Source: a virus
DNA: 64,000 nt
Virus record (IMG/VR): IMGVR_UViG_3300042505_001173
Span: 83,619 to 147,618 of that record
Reading direction: 5' to 3' (one strand)
Shown: positions 28,652 through 39,578 of the stretch, one piece after another
How positions within the stretch are numbered: the stretch's first letter is position 1
Layout of the letters: every line of letters starts with the position of its first letter
The notes under the pieces: model-generated
Told to the model about the DNA's origin: nothing
Database searches by the model: none
Seen by the model: the letters and a program-made list of their open reading frames with translations, nothing else
Program-made: the position numbers and the translations under genes

Positions 28652-30385
28652 TTACCCGTTGAACGATATTTTACTAAAATCATTTTCCATATACACGTGC
28701 ATAACTTTATCAAATAATGAAGATATTTCATCTTTATGTGTTACGATATACATTGTAATATTATCTTCTTTTGCTTTCTTTTTTAGCATTTTAATAGCTA
28801 ATGACATAACACTAGAATCCAATCCTATATCTAACACTTCATCCAAGCAACAGATATTTACCGGGTTGCACATTTTCTGTCTTACATCTCTAAAAGCCAT
28901 GGTTAATCCAATATTAACACGTGATCGTTGACCATGTGACAAATTTGAGAATGTAATGTTGCGTCCCAAGTATTTGATATCAGCAGTCATATTAGAGTTA
29001 AATGAAACTCTATAAGGTAATTCTAACTCATTCAAATAATGTTCTAATCTTTGATTTAAGAATTTTAAATTAGACGATAGTAGATTTTTGCGTATAAAGC
29101 TATCTTTTTTCGTTAATAATTTTAACAGAAATTGTTGATGCTCAACGATAGTTTTCAATTTATCTAAACTTTCATAATCGCAAGGATCCAAAGTAATTTG
29201 TTCTAATTCAGCTAACTGCTCCAAATAAACGTTATTGCTATTGTGTAAATCGTTAATTTTTTCGTGAATCAATTCAGCTTTATTACGAATGTTAAGTAAT
29301 TCTTCTAGATTTGTAACAGATAATTCACTGATAAGTTTTTTATGCTCTTCAGATTTTTCTATTAATTCTTTATCTAGCTCAGCAAGGTGATCAATCATTT
29401 CGTTAATTGTTTCGTCACATTTCTCAATCGCTTGTTCATTTTCAATAATTTTATCTTCGTTTGTATATTGTTGTTCACAATATGGACATTTATTAGCTTT
29501 CAGTAAAACTAACTCGTTTACATGTTTTTCTTTACGTTGAGTATATTTTACGTATTGAGTACTTAACGCTGATTGTTGCTGCTTTATTTCTGATAAAGAT
29601 GATTTAGCAGATACCGACGCATCGTATAATTCACGTTCTTTATCAAGATCAATTGACTCGATCATTGACAATTGCGATGTATACATCTCCAATTGTGTTA
29701 GTTTTGTCTGATCATATGTTGATGCTTTTGTTTTAGCGTTAAGAATTTGAGTGTCTAATCTACTTTGTTCTTGTTTTATTCTATCAATCTTTGTAATTTG
29801 ATCTTTGATCTGCTCTTCTGTAGATTTTATATGAGTCTTTAATATTGACGCTTTATCCGCAAGAATATGTAAATCAAACAACCGTTCCATAAAACTAGTT
29901 TGCTGTGGAACAGGAATATTTAAAAATGAAGTATTGATAGCAGATATAACGACCATGCGTTTAAACATATCAGCTGGTATATCAATAACATCTACAATTT
30001 TACCGTTCGTGTTACGTGAACTATCTAACGTAACCTCATGTTGATCTAAGAATTCACGATCTTTTGGGTTATGAAAGAATTTTACATAATTTCCTTGTTT
30101 TGTTTTACGACCTCGGGTAATTTTATAAAATCCTGAACCAGCTTTATGAAATGTAACAGAGCATACCATATCTTGTGTATTGATATTATTGATCAATTCA
30201 TCAGCGTTACAGTCTGTTAACGATTCATCATAACAGGTATAATAGATGCCATTAATTAATGTTGTTTTACCAACACCGTTGTGTCCAGATATTAGAATGA
30301 CGCTACCTGTATCCAACGGTATCGTTGTTGATTGGTTTCCGTAACTTAAAAAATTTTTAAGTTCGATCTCTAAAAACGTAAGCAT
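28652..30385 (-). CDS. SbcC/Rad50-like recombination endonuclease subunit (gp46-like)
   Basis: GHNGVGKTT, coiled coil with CPYC hook, LSHGQ signature, LDE, VTH. Confidence 0.92.
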   Translation of the reverse strand: MLTFLEIELKNFLSYGNQSTTIPLDTGSVILISGHNGVGKTTLINGIYYTCYDESLTDCNADELINNINTQDMVCSVTFHKAGSGFYKITRGRKTKQGNYVKFFHNPKDREFLDQHEVTLDSSRNTNGKIVDVIDIPADMFKRMVVISAINTSFLNIPVPQQTSFMERLFDLHILADKASILKTHIKSTEEQIKDQITKIDRIKQEQSRLDTQILNAKTKASTYDQTKLTQLEMYTSQLSMIESIDLDKERELYDASVSAKSSLSEIKQQQSALSTQYVKYTQRKEKHVNELVLLKANKCPYCEQQYTNEDKIIENEQAIEKCDETINEMIDHLAELDKELIEKSEEHKKLISELSVTNLEELLNIRNKAELIHEKINDLHNSNNVYLEQLAELEQITLDPCDYESLDKLKTIVEHQQFLLKLLTKKDSFIRKNLLSSNLKFLNQRLEHYLNELELPYRVSFNSNMTADIKYLGRNITFSNLSHGQRSRVNIGLTMAFRDVRQKMCNPVNICCLDEVLDIGLDSSVMSLAIKMLKKKAKEDNITMYIVTHKDEISSLFDKVMHVYMENDFSKISFNG

Positions 30386-30432
30386 TATTCACCTTAGTAT
30401 AATGTAAAAGATATGATATTATAAATGATAAA

Positions 30433-31455
30433 TCATAGTTTTTTATATATTTTTACAAGGTGTTCATTATCGATTGATGGACTCGATATTGAGTCTAACA
30501 TTGTAATGATAGCGTCATGTGTATTAATATTAGATGTATCTGTTATCTCTTCAACATCATCATTTGTTATTTGTACGGTAGGTTCAGTAATCGTAATAGA
30601 TGCTAAATTATACGTACTTGAAATAGCTGATTTAACTTCCATCATTTTACTATATTCCATATTGATATCAGCTACACATGAGATATATGAATTATCAGGA
30701 ATTTCAACTGTACCGTTAACAATTTCAGATAAACTAGTTCTAATATATTTTGGACACTCTTTCCAGTTTACAAAAGTGACAGAATCAACACTATGATCAT
30801 GAATAGCAAACCCTCTATCGAAATCATTGGCATCTGAAAAATCCATCGGAAACGTGTTTCCAATATAGATAACATTACCTGATTTTTGACGTTTATGAAA
30901 ATGTCCTGAAAAAATTCGTTTGTATCTTTTAAAATCTGTGTGGTCATATCCGCCTGAGAATGTATTTGTTGCACCCGTGAGTACAAACCCGTTAAATTCA
31001 AAATGTCCGTATGCATGCTCAGCATCATATTTGTTGAGAATATCATACTCTTCATGTATTAAGAAAGGACATAACAGAACACCGTTACCAATATTAGGCT
31101 CTAATAACGGTTGATCTATTACGGTAAAGTTAGTAAACTCTTTATATTCAATAGTCGCATACACATTTCTATGTACTTTTGTGTACATATCGTGGTTACC
31201 AATAATGAAATAAATTGGTATGCCTAAATCGTTTAATTTTTTGGCACCATGGTATGCGTAGTTTAGTGTTGAGATATTAATTGCGTTTCTGTGTTCAAAC
31301 CAATCACCTAGAAAAATGATATGATCAATTTTATTAGGTATGATATTTTCACAAACGAAGTTGATAAAATTAGTACAATCATCATTATGTGTGTCAGAGT
31401 TTTGTTTTTTACCCCAATGAATATCTGTAAACAGTAAACCTTTTGTTAAACGCAT
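30433..31455 (-). CDS. SbcD/Mre11-like nuclease subunit (gp47-like)
   Basis: DIHWG, GDWF, GNHD, GHF, SGHFH metallophosphoesterase motifs. Confidence 0.92.
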   Translation of the reverse strand: MRLTKGLLFTDIHWGKKQNSDTHNDDCTNFINFVCENIIPNKIDHIIFLGDWFEHRNAINISTLNYAYHGAKKLNDLGIPIYFIIGNHDMYTKVHRNVYATIEYKEFTNFTVIDQPLLEPNIGNGVLLCPFLIHEEYDILNKYDAEHAYGHFEFNGFVLTGATNTFSGGYDHTDFKRYKRIFSGHFHKRQKSGNVIYIGNTFPMDFSDANDFDRGFAIHDHSVDSVTFVNWKECPKYIRTSLSEIVNGTVEIPDNSYISCVADINMEYSKMMEVKSAISSTYNLASITITEPTVQITNDDVEEITDTSNINTHDAIITMLDSISSPSIDNEHLVKIYKKL

Positions 31456-31473
31456 TATAGTACCTTTTGTTGA

Positions 31474-31995
31474 TTAGATTTCTTCGAATAATATAGCTTC
31501 ATCATCTAGATCATCAATATCTGTTTCTTGATCTTCTTGTTTACGTTCCATAAACTCAAAATTGTCACGACGAATATACAATGAAGCGGGATCTACGATA
31601 TGATTATCTTCCATCGATGATTCTATAACGTAAGTATGAGATGGACTCGCTCCATAATCAACTAATAATTTATCTCTAATAGTTCGTTGTTTTTTCTCAA
31701 TTTTTAGGTATTGAATAAATGAGTTTTTTATCGTCTGAGTATAGTAGGCGAACGGGTTACTTGACCTTTCAGCGTCAAATGTTGACCAGGTTTTACATAG
31801 ATTTACTAAAGCATTCATTTTCATATCTTCGAGATATGTATACGATGCAAAATTACCTCTAGTAGCGTAACGATCACATAATAGCGTAAGCATTTTCACT
31901 AACTCGTTACTCATTTGCTTATTTGTTTTACTAATAGCAATCTGTTCTAACAGATTATAATTACTTAAATAATTTCTGGGGGCACGTTTCGACAT
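31474..31995 (-). CDS. T4 gp55-like late sigma factor
   Basis: NF..YTY.EDM, FD..RSSNPFAYYTQ, adjacent to gp47/gp46 as in T4; start MSKR with GGAG upstream. Confidence 0.8.
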   Translation of the reverse strand: MSKRAPRNYLSNYNLLEQIAISKTNKQMSNELVKMLTLLCDRYATRGNFASYTYLEDMKMNALVNLCKTWSTFDAERSSNPFAYYTQTIKNSFIQYLKIEKKQRTIRDKLLVDYGASPSHTYVIESSMEDNHIVDPASLYIRRDNFEFMERKQEDQETDIDDLDDEAILFEEI

Positions 31996-32106
31996 ATATT
32001 TCTCCATAAAAGTAAACAATATAACGGATTTTCAACACCATTTACAACTTATTTTTGGCAATTTAACTAATAAATACTAAATGAATAAATTTTACGAGAA
32101 CACTTC

Positions 32107-32700
32107 ATGTTACCTGATGCACAGCAACATCCGTACAAGTTAAGATTAGTTGGTACTATTACCGGTAAGATTGTTACGTTTAATACTATGCCATCGATAT
32201 ACGAAAACAATAGTGCTACATATGAGACACTATCACCTGCTCATATGATTGGTGATTTTCACGTTTTTTCAAAATCACCTAGTAGATCATTTGAAATTAG
32301 TGAGTTAAAATTAGTATCACGAAATCAACAAGAAGCCCGCGCAAACATTGAACGAGTGTTTGCACTTAAAGGTTGGACAAAATCATATTTTGGTAATACA
32401 GATGGTGATGCATCGCCAGAATTAATGAACTGGTTGGGTGCTCCTCCAGAGGTATTAAAATTTTCCGCAATTGGCTACTTTAACGAGATTCCAGTTGTTC
32501 TAGAAAAAGTAAGTATAAACTTTCCAAACGATGTAGACTATATACCGACAGCATCATTAGAAGAAGGTGACCCATTAGGTAATATTCCGTTTCCGCTAGT
32601 AACATCGATATCATTTACTATATTAGAACAACATTCTGCTTCTGAATACGAAATGTTCAATTTACACTCATACCGAACTGGTACCCTACCCTCATTCTAA
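32107..32700 (+). CDS. putative baseplate/tail-tube initiator protein
   Basis: LGAPPEVL and P.DVDYI motifs; first gene of the baseplate cluster. Confidence 0.55.
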   Translation: MLPDAQQHPYKLRLVGTITGKIVTFNTMPSIYENNSATYETLSPAHMIGDFHVFSKSPSRSFEISELKLVSRNQQEARANIERVFALKGWTKSYFGNTDGDASPELMNWLGAPPEVLKFSAIGYFNEIPVVLEKVSINFPNDVDYIPTASLEEGDPLGNIPFPLVTSISFTILEQHSASEYEMFNLHSYRTGTLPSF

Positions 32701-32702
32701 TC

Positions 32703-32984
32703 ATGGCACAGAAATTTAGTAGATATACAAAAGGTGGTAAAGTAGATAGTACAGGGTTTTGGACCAGATCTATTTTTATCAAATCATATGATGATATTTC
32801 AATAACAATTAGTAAGAAATACCACAGACGGCCGCACTTATTAGCAAGTGATATTTATGGATCATCTGAGTTATCATGGTTTATTTTACAATATAATAAT
32901 ATTATAGATGTACATACAGAATTCGTTGAAGGTGTTGTATTGACATTACCTACTGCAACACGTTTCACTGCAGGAATGGTATAA
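32703..32984 (+). CDS. LysM-like baseplate wedge protein
   Basis: RP.LLA.DIYG...L.W.IL.YN.I.D pattern. Confidence 0.7.
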   Translation: MAQKFSRYTKGGKVDSTGFWTRSIFIKSYDDISITISKKYHRRPHLLASDIYGSSELSWFILQYNNIIDVHTEFVEGVVLTLPTATRFTAGMV

Positions 32985-32985
32985 G

Positions 32986-34185
32986 ATGTCAAATGTATAC
33001 AATCCGCTGCATAAGTTCAGAAGTACGCAATATCATTTTGTATGGTTGTGTGCCGCATCTGATGAGGTTATTGCAAACATAGATAAGGAAGAAGATGTAT
33101 CTGATCTAAGTCGGTATTACCACCCTACTGGTGGACCTCAAAACAAATATAATGCAAAGGACATGAATGGTGGAAGCTATGTAGTGTTGTATAACTCTAT
33201 GACTGACGTTGAATTCTCAATTGATTCAGTTACCATAGAGCATATTATTGCAGGTGGTGGCACTTCTCAAAATTACGAGACTACAAATGCACAAGGTACC
33301 GTAAATTTGCGAATTGAGGTGATTGAACCATATACAGCTGATTTTGTTGCTGCTCTATACACAGCCGCTGACGCTGTTGGTACCGATTTAGTTCATTTAA
33401 AATGCGGGTTAAAAATATTATTTGTAGGATACCCTGATGATAATAATGTATCTTCTCCTCATATAATTTCAGACATAAATGCAACTGCATTTATAATTAA
33501 CGATATGACCATTGCATTAACAGCTAGAGGTGCACATTATGATATTGAGTGTACACCGATATTCAATAATGCAGCGTATCATCATAGTGCAAGTAAAATT
33601 GGTGGGTTGACGACAGCATTACCGGAATCGTTACCCGATGCTATTGCCAAATTTGAAACACAAGCTAACGAGCAATCAAAAAAATCACAAGAATCGAACC
33701 CTGAATCAAAACCGTACAAGTATAAAGTTATATTAGATGATGCTTACAAAGATCCAAAATATAAATTAGATATTGTTTCTGATGATCAGCGAAACACATT
33801 TAATGGTGCAAAACCATTAACTAAAAACAATACATCTAGTGATAAAGTCCCAGATTATGCTGACCAAACTGCTGATTCTACTAACGCTACCGGTGGCGAT
33901 ACAACTCAGGGAACACAACAAAACAAAGATAGTAAAGGTGTTGTCGGTGGTTCATCTGATCCAGCACCAGATATGACAGCTGTTCAATACGGTGAGGAAA
34001 AATTAAGATCGTTTGACAGTAAAAACTTTGAAGATTATCAAAAATATCGTGATACATTATTCATTACAGCTATTCAAAAGGGTGCCAATGTTGATAGAGC
34101 ATTACAGGATGCAAGAATTGGTGCCGCCGATAAATTTAGTACAGAGATACAATCATCGATAGATAAAAGTAACGCTATTAAATAA
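32986..34185 (+). CDS. putative baseplate hub protein, N-terminal part
   Basis: NPLH.FRS..YHF start, IEP motif, low-complexity tail; position after the LysM-like gene. Confidence 0.55.
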   Translation: MSNVYNPLHKFRSTQYHFVWLCAASDEVIANIDKEEDVSDLSRYYHPTGGPQNKYNAKDMNGGSYVVLYNSMTDVEFSIDSVTIEHIIAGGGTSQNYETTNAQGTVNLRIEVIEPYTADFVAALYTAADAVGTDLVHLKCGLKILFVGYPDDNNVSSPHIISDINATAFIINDMTIALTARGAHYDIECTPIFNNAAYHHSASKIGGLTTALPESLPDAIAKFETQANEQSKKSQESNPESKPYKYKVILDDAYKDPKYKLDIVSDDQRNTFNGAKPLTKNNTSSDKVPDYADQTADSTNATGGDTTQGTQQNKDSKGVVGGSSDPAPDMTAVQYGEEKLRSFDSKNFEDYQKYRDTLFITAIQKGANVDRALQDARIGAADKFSTEIQSSIDKSNAIK

Positions 34186-34213
34186 TTTACATACTTGGTA
34201 ACGATTAAAAGCT

Positions 34214-36217
34214 ATGGCTACGAGTACAGATAAACCTAAATCAACGGAATTAAATCTAGGACCAACATTAGCTGAAAAAACATCTAATGCAACTGATTTA
34301 AATCTTGGTACACTAACAATGGCTGATGTTAATAAAGCCAAAGATCAAAAACCTTCTACAGAGCTTAATTTAGGTACCTTGACAATGGCTGATGTTAATC
34401 AGCCAAAAGATCAAAAACCTTCTACAGAGCTTAATTTAGGTAACCAAAAAGCTTCCGATCTTAACAATCCAAAGCAGAAACAAGATGAACCTATAATATT
34501 TCAAACAAAAGTTGGTAATAAAATTCCTGATGCATTGAATGATATTATGTTGCTAAGTACAGAAGTTCATAATGATTCTATAAACATTGATAGTTCTGAT
34601 CCAAATAATCCTAAAACGTACATACCTCGTATACAAAGTAGTGTTATTGAAGATCCAAAAACAAAAGAACGTACAGTTGTTTACCATATAGGTAAGTTTG
34701 CTAAATTAATGAAGCCTGTAGATGAGGAAGCTCAGAGTGGTAAATCGGTTGAAGGATCAAGCAGTCTTCGTGGGTCAGGAGCAATGGGTATTGACCCAAA
34801 CGGACCTTCAGCTAATACAGGTACCGGGAATCCAGGGAGTATAGGATCAAGTAGAGATAGTTCTGTTTTACCGGATATATTAGAGTACGATTACATATAC
34901 ACCGGTAAAAATGTAGATGTGCTTCAATTTGATATGAGCGTTAAATTAGGATATAACGCTCTTACACAAATACAAGTAAACCATCCTGAACCAAATAATT
35001 CGAATCAAACAATATCACCTGAAAATTCCGCATTATCTCAACCTGATCCAAACGAAGAAGCTGGTGGTGCAAGCAAAGTAACTACATCAAGATTGCGAGG
35101 TACTGATACATCTAGTACACCTAGTGGAAGTCCTATTGGTCCAACGGTGGTAGATCCTTTCCGAATAGGTAGTGGTTCGTTAAGTCCTGAAACATTATTT
35201 GCAGCTAGAAAAAATGTTTCAGATCAAATATCTATTGCGCTATCTAATCAAGTTAGTGTGTTAAAGATTGTTGGGAACCCTCTACTGTTAGCTGGATATA
35301 CAGTGCCGTCCGATATGTTAGGGTCCGGTGCAGAGGAACCGACATCAGAATCGGTAGCGAATGCACAAAAGGAACATGAAGCTAAAACCGGAGGTAAAAC
35401 CGGGATGACACCTACTGTAAAAGTTAATGTACGTTCTCCAAAGCCTTCATATATGCAAGGTGATACCCAGGGTGAAGATGATAATTATTATAGTTCACCG
35501 TTTTGGATTAATATAAACAATTTTAGAATTGATAAAATCACCAGTAAATTTACAAGAGGTGAATTTGTTCAATTTCTTGACCTATACTCATTAGCGGAAC
35601 AAAGCAATACCGATTACCATTCATCTGATCCAAATAGTCCTGCTGCTGAAGGTGGAGGCGAAGGTGGAGGTGGGAGCGGAACGACAAGTCCATCCGATTA
35701 CGGCCCTAATGTTAAGAACAATGGATCAGGTGTTAAACCGGGGTACCAAAAAGACTTTATGGATAAAAACTGGAATGCTGCAAATAAAGCAGCTGATGAG
35801 CTTGGAACAGATCCAAAAATATTGTTAGCGCAGTCAGCTCAAGAAGTCGGTTGGGGTAAAAGAACAATTAAAGATAAAGATGGAACGGATTCAAATAACA
35901 TGTTCAATATTAAAGCTGATAAGAGTTGGCACGGACCAACCGTTACTAAACGTGCACTTGAATATAAAAACGGTAAACCGTATTACTCGGATCAAAAATT
36001 TAGAGCGTATGGTTCACCGGAAGAGTCATTCTCAGATTATGCGAACTTCCTAAAAACAAATCCACGTTATAATAGTATTACAAAAACCCCAACGAAAGAT
36101 GCGTCGCAGTATTTTGGACGGTTAAAACAAGCGGGATACGCTACAGCGCCAAATTATGCATCAGCTTTAACTGGTATATACAACGGTAAAAGCATTAAAA
36201 ACTATAAGCCGGAGTAG
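34214..36217 (+). CDS. baseplate hub C-terminal part fused to a FlgJ-like (GH73) peptidoglycan hydrolase
   Basis: YDYIYTGKN.DVL.FD; C-terminal AQSAQEVGWG, NNMFNIKA, FRAY.S.EESF.DY, GYATAPNYA. Confidence 0.8.
   Translation: MATSTDKPKSTELNLGPTLAEKTSNATDLNLGTLTMADVNKAKDQKPSTELNLGTLTMADVNQPKDQKPSTELNLGNQKASDLNNPKQKQDEPIIFQTKVGNKIPDALNDIMLLSTEVHNDSINIDSSDPNNPKTYIPRIQSSVIEDPKTKERTVVYHIGKFAKLMKPVDEEAQSGKSVEGSSSLRGSGAMGIDPNGPSANTGTGNPGSIGSSRDSSVLPDILEYDYIYTGKNVDVLQFDMSVKLGYNALTQIQVNHPEPNNSNQTISPENSALSQPDPNEEAGGASKVTTSRLRGTDTSSTPSGSPIGPTVVDPFRIGSGSLSPETLFAARKNVSDQISIALSNQVSVLKIVGNPLLLAGYTVPSDMLGSGAEEPTSESVANAQKEHEAKTGGKTGMTPTVKVNVRSPKPSYMQGDTQGEDDNYYSSPFWININNFRIDKITSKFTRGEFVQFLDLYSLAEQSNTDYHSSDPNSPAAEGGGEGGGGSGTTSPSDYGPNVKNNGSGVKPGYQKDFMDKNWNAANKAADELGTDPKILLAQSAQEVGWGKRTIKDKDGTDSNNMFNIKADKSWHGPTVTKRALEYKNGKPYYSDQKFRAYGSPEESFSDYANFLKTNPRYNSITKTPTKDASQYFGRLKQAGYATAPNYASALTGIYNGKSIKNYKPE
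34232..34445 (+). repeat. 66-bp (22-aa) tandem coding repeat
   Basis: TLTMADVN.K.DQKPSTELNLG twice plus degenerate LNLG copies. Confidence 0.85.
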
Positions 36218-36282
36218 TTGATTGTTTATGTAGTACTATTATATAATACTCTAGTGTTTAATTTATTAAATTGGAGTATTAT

Positions 36283-36561
36283 ATGACTACAGAAATTATT
36301 TTACCTACAAGTCCAGTTGACCGTAAAAAATTATTTGGGAATGTTCAAGAAGCAGCATTATGTTTACAACGTATCGAAGATCAACGTAGTCACTACCGCG
36401 ATATCGTAAAAAGCATTAAAGAAGATTTCCAAATTGGTCCTAAAGCGTCTGGTCAAATGATTAAGACCTATCATAAAAATAACTTCAGAGAAGTCCAAAG
36501 TCAACAACAAGAATTTGAAGAATTGTACCTAGCTATCGTAGGATTAGATTCTGACGATTAA
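36283..36561 (+). CDS. T4 DsbA-like dsDNA-binding protein
   Basis: Size and pattern (D.KKL...QE.....RIE......DI......F......MIKTYHK.NF); GGAG before ATG 36283; promoter TTGATT-18-TATAAT at 36218-36247. Confidence 0.6.
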   Translation: MTTEIILPTSPVDRKKLFGNVQEAALCLQRIEDQRSHYRDIVKSIKEDFQIGPKASGQMIKTYHKNNFREVQSQQQEFEELYLAIVGLDSDD

Positions 36562-36621
36562 TTTGTAGGGTGCTATACGCACCCTAATTTCATTAAAACC
36601 TTCAAATAAGGAATGTGAATT

Positions 36622-36813
36622 ATGAAAGAAGAATATATTACTATTACTGGATCAAACCAAAAATTTAAATTATTATCAAAGACAGCTATACCTTTTCATA
36701 AAGTACAATTAGTTGTAGAAGACAGTGAAGGTGTACGGTTTGTTTTTACGAGACAAGCAGGCTGCTATATAAGAACAACAAAACCGGTAAATGATTACAC
36801 AGAGGAATCATGA
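36622..36813 (+). CDS. hypothetical protein
   Basis: 63-aa ORF coupled to the polymerase start. Confidence 0.55.
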   Translation: MKEEYITITGSNQKFKLLSKTAIPFHKVQLVVEDSEGVRFVFTRQAGCYIRTTKPVNDYTEES

Positions 36814-39428
36814 CATATATTAGCGCAATTATGAAACGTAACGATAACGGTTTCGTTACAGGTGATGATGTTTTAGTATGGGAATGCGTGGATGGGAAAA
36901 ACGTATTAAAAACATACCCAGGTATTTTTAAATTTTATGTTAAAAAAGAAGATGGTCCATATAAAAGTGTATTTGGCGATTCTCTCGAAAAATATGAATT
37001 TGATACATTCCAAGAATTTAGACAAGCAAAAAAATACCTGTTGCAAGAGAAAAAACTCAAATTATATGAATCAGATATTTCACCAGATACAAAAGTTTTA
37101 TCAGCTCACTATTATGAGAAGCCATCTCCAAAACTAAATGTACTACTGTACGATATTGAGGTTGATTACTCCACGTTGTCATATGGAAGTGATTATATAG
37201 CTAAAGCTCGAATGGTAGGTAAGGATAAGGAAATTGATACACCATTACATGAAATACGTAACCTTTCACCTAAACAACAATTATCAATTGAAGTTTATGA
37301 TCCTAAAAATAAAAAATGGCAACCATACCCATATTCAAAATTAGCTTATGAAGGTCCTGTAGGGTTCAGTAGTCCTCAAAACCCTTATGCACCAATTAAC
37401 GCAATATCAATTTATAAACAATGGCTTGATAAGTCTATTGTTATGGCAGTACCACCTCCAGGGTTCGATCTTAAAACAGTTGATCACTCGTTACATGAAT
37501 TAACCGAAATTAGATTCTATAAAAATGAAAAAGAATTATTACTCGCATACTTAGATGAGATTGAAGAAGCTAGTGTGCTATCAGGATGGAATAGTGGTGG
37601 CTTTGATGACCCGTATGTAGCGAAACGAGTTGAAATAGTCCTTGGAAATCATCATTTTAAACGGTTAAGTTTCGAAGGTGCAAACGTACCATTATATCGT
37701 GAATTATTCGTTAAAGGCGCTAAGCAATTACGTGTTGATTATAGTGGTCGTATTCAACTAGATTATCTTGAGTTATTTAAGAAATTTGAAGGTGGTGAAC
37801 GAGCTAGTTTCCGATTAGAAGCTGTTGCTGAAGATCATTTACCACATCTTAAAAAGTTAACATACCCGGGTACATTAGAACAGTTATATAGTAATGATTT
37901 TAATCATTTCTTACGATACAATATCCGTGATACAGAAATCCTAAAAGGTTTTGAAAATAAGCTAACGTATATCCAGTTAGCGAATGATATGATTCATTCT
38001 AGTACAAACCAGTTTAATCATATATTTGGTACTGTACGTATGGTTGATAATGCAATCGTTAATTATTGCCATTATGAGATTGACCGTATTGTACCTGATA
38101 GATGGGATACAAAAGATGGTAAAATTCAAGGAGCTTATGTATTATTTCCTCAAAGAGGATTACATAAGTGGATTTGCTCCATTGATATTAATTCTCTATA
38201 TCCATCAGCAATTCGGTCTATTAATATTAGTCCAGAAACTGTTATTGGTCAGTTTGAAAATAATATTAAAGATTGGAATAAAATATTTGAAGGTATCGAA
38301 GATGATATCACTATTAGGTACGATGACGGTTCATTTGAAACTAAGAAAACACAAGAATGGGTTGATTATTTTGCAGAACAATGTTGGGCTGTTAGTGGTT
38401 ACGGTACAGTATTTACACAAAAAGAATTAGGTATTATTCCATCGTTGTTAGCCAAATGGTATTCTCAACGAAAAGTATATCAAGCTGAAATGAGAAAATA
38501 TGTTAAAGAGGCAGAAGCTTTAAAATATGATTTCTCAACAGGTACAGCTGTTGAACGTAAAGATTATGATAAAGATCTTTATTTTGAGTTAACAGAAAAA
38601 GGTAAGTATTACAACCGGTTACAGTATATTTTCAAGATTAAACTGAACTCAACTTACGGTTGTTTAAGTAACTATAATTTTAGATTCTTCAGATTAGAAT
38701 TAGGTGAATCGACAACAGGTACCAGTAGACAAATTCTTAGACATCAATGTAGATATACAAACTATGTAATCGATGGTGAATACAATATAGATTTTCCAAT
38801 TTACGAGAGTATGGCTATTATTGATAACATCAATAAAGAGAACGCTAAGCGGTTAGCTGAAGAAGCTGAGAGTGAATTTGAATTTGAAGAAGTGGACGCA
38901 GTACATAATGATAGTTTGTCACTAGCTCAGTTAGTTGACTATGAACGTCAAGAATATTATCATGCTAATACAGTAACGCATGAAATGGCATTAGATGGTC
39001 CTGTATTCAAAGGTAAGTTTTCATCGCAGGTAGTAGTGTATGGCGATACAGATAGTGTTTTTTACCAGTCTCTGGTTGACATCGACGGAGAAGAAAAAAC
39101 CATTGAAGACCATTTTAACAATTTAAAGGAAAATGATGATACAATGCTGTTACATTATCCTGATAATGTCGAATATTTGTTATTAAACGGTAACTATGAA
39201 TCCCCATGCATAGCTGAAAAAGAATGGGAATATAAACCAGTAAAAGCAATATACAGACATAAAACCAAAAAACGCATGTATAGAGTTACAACATCTTCTG
39301 GTAAAATGGTAATTGTGACAGGTGATCACAGCATGATGCGTGTGAATGACAATAATGAGTTAGAATCGTTAAAAACTACTGATTTACAAATCGGCGATAA
39401 AGTAATTGAATTAAATAATAAACTCTAA
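36810..39428 (+). CDS. family-B DNA polymerase, N-terminal part plus N-intein
   Basis: ExoI YDIE, GWNS..FD, YNIRD, DINSLYPS, KIKLNSTYG, YGDTD followed by intein sequence. Confidence 0.93.
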   Translation: MTYISAIMKRNDNGFVTGDDVLVWECVDGKNVLKTYPGIFKFYVKKEDGPYKSVFGDSLEKYEFDTFQEFRQAKKYLLQEKKLKLYESDISPDTKVLSAHYYEKPSPKLNVLLYDIEVDYSTLSYGSDYIAKARMVGKDKEIDTPLHEIRNLSPKQQLSIEVYDPKNKKWQPYPYSKLAYEGPVGFSSPQNPYAPINAISIYKQWLDKSIVMAVPPPGFDLKTVDHSLHELTEIRFYKNEKELLLAYLDEIEEASVLSGWNSGGFDDPYVAKRVEIVLGNHHFKRLSFEGANVPLYRELFVKGAKQLRVDYSGRIQLDYLELFKKFEGGERASFRLEAVAEDHLPHLKKLTYPGTLEQLYSNDFNHFLRYNIRDTEILKGFENKLTYIQLANDMIHSSTNQFNHIFGTVRMVDNAIVNYCHYEIDRIVPDRWDTKDGKIQGAYVLFPQRGLHKWICSIDINSLYPSAIRSINISPETVIGQFENNIKDWNKIFEGIEDDITIRYDDGSFETKKTQEWVDYFAEQCWAVSGYGTVFTQKELGIIPSLLAKWYSQRKVYQAEMRKYVKEAEALKYDFSTGTAVERKDYDKDLYFELTEKGKYYNRLQYIFKIKLNSTYGCLSNYNFRFFRLELGESTTGTSRQILRHQCRYTNYVIDGEYNIDFPIYESMAIIDNINKENAKRLAEEAESEFEFEEVDAVHNDSLSLAQLVDYERQEYYHANTVTHEMALDGPVFKGKFSSQVVVYGDTDSVFYQSLVDIDGEEKTIEDHFNNLKENDDTMLLHYPDNVEYLLLNGNYESPCIAEKEWEYKPVKAIYRHKTKKRMYRVTTSSGKMVIVTGDHSMMRVNDNNELESLKTTDLQIGDKVIELNNKL

Positions 39429-39578
39429 TTATTCAGGAATTAACAAATGAGTGATTTAAAAATTGAAACTGTTGTTTCTATTGAAGACTTAGGGTATGTC
39501 GACGATTGGGTATACGACCTTACAATGGAAGATACAAATATTCCATATTTTTTTGGTAATGGTATATTAGTACATAAC
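39054..39578 (+). mobile_element. naturally split mini-intein (IntN 39054-39425, 124 aa; IntC 39447-39578, 44 aa)
   Basis: IntN starts with Ser after YGDTD, has block B VTGDHS and DLQIGD; IntC has VYDLT and ends GILVHN followed by Ser+1 (STYF). Confidence 0.9.

Noticed and set aside
39429-39446. Intron or frameshift error splitting the polymerase
   Set aside because: Gap is only 18 bp with an RBS, and both halves carry complementary intein motifs
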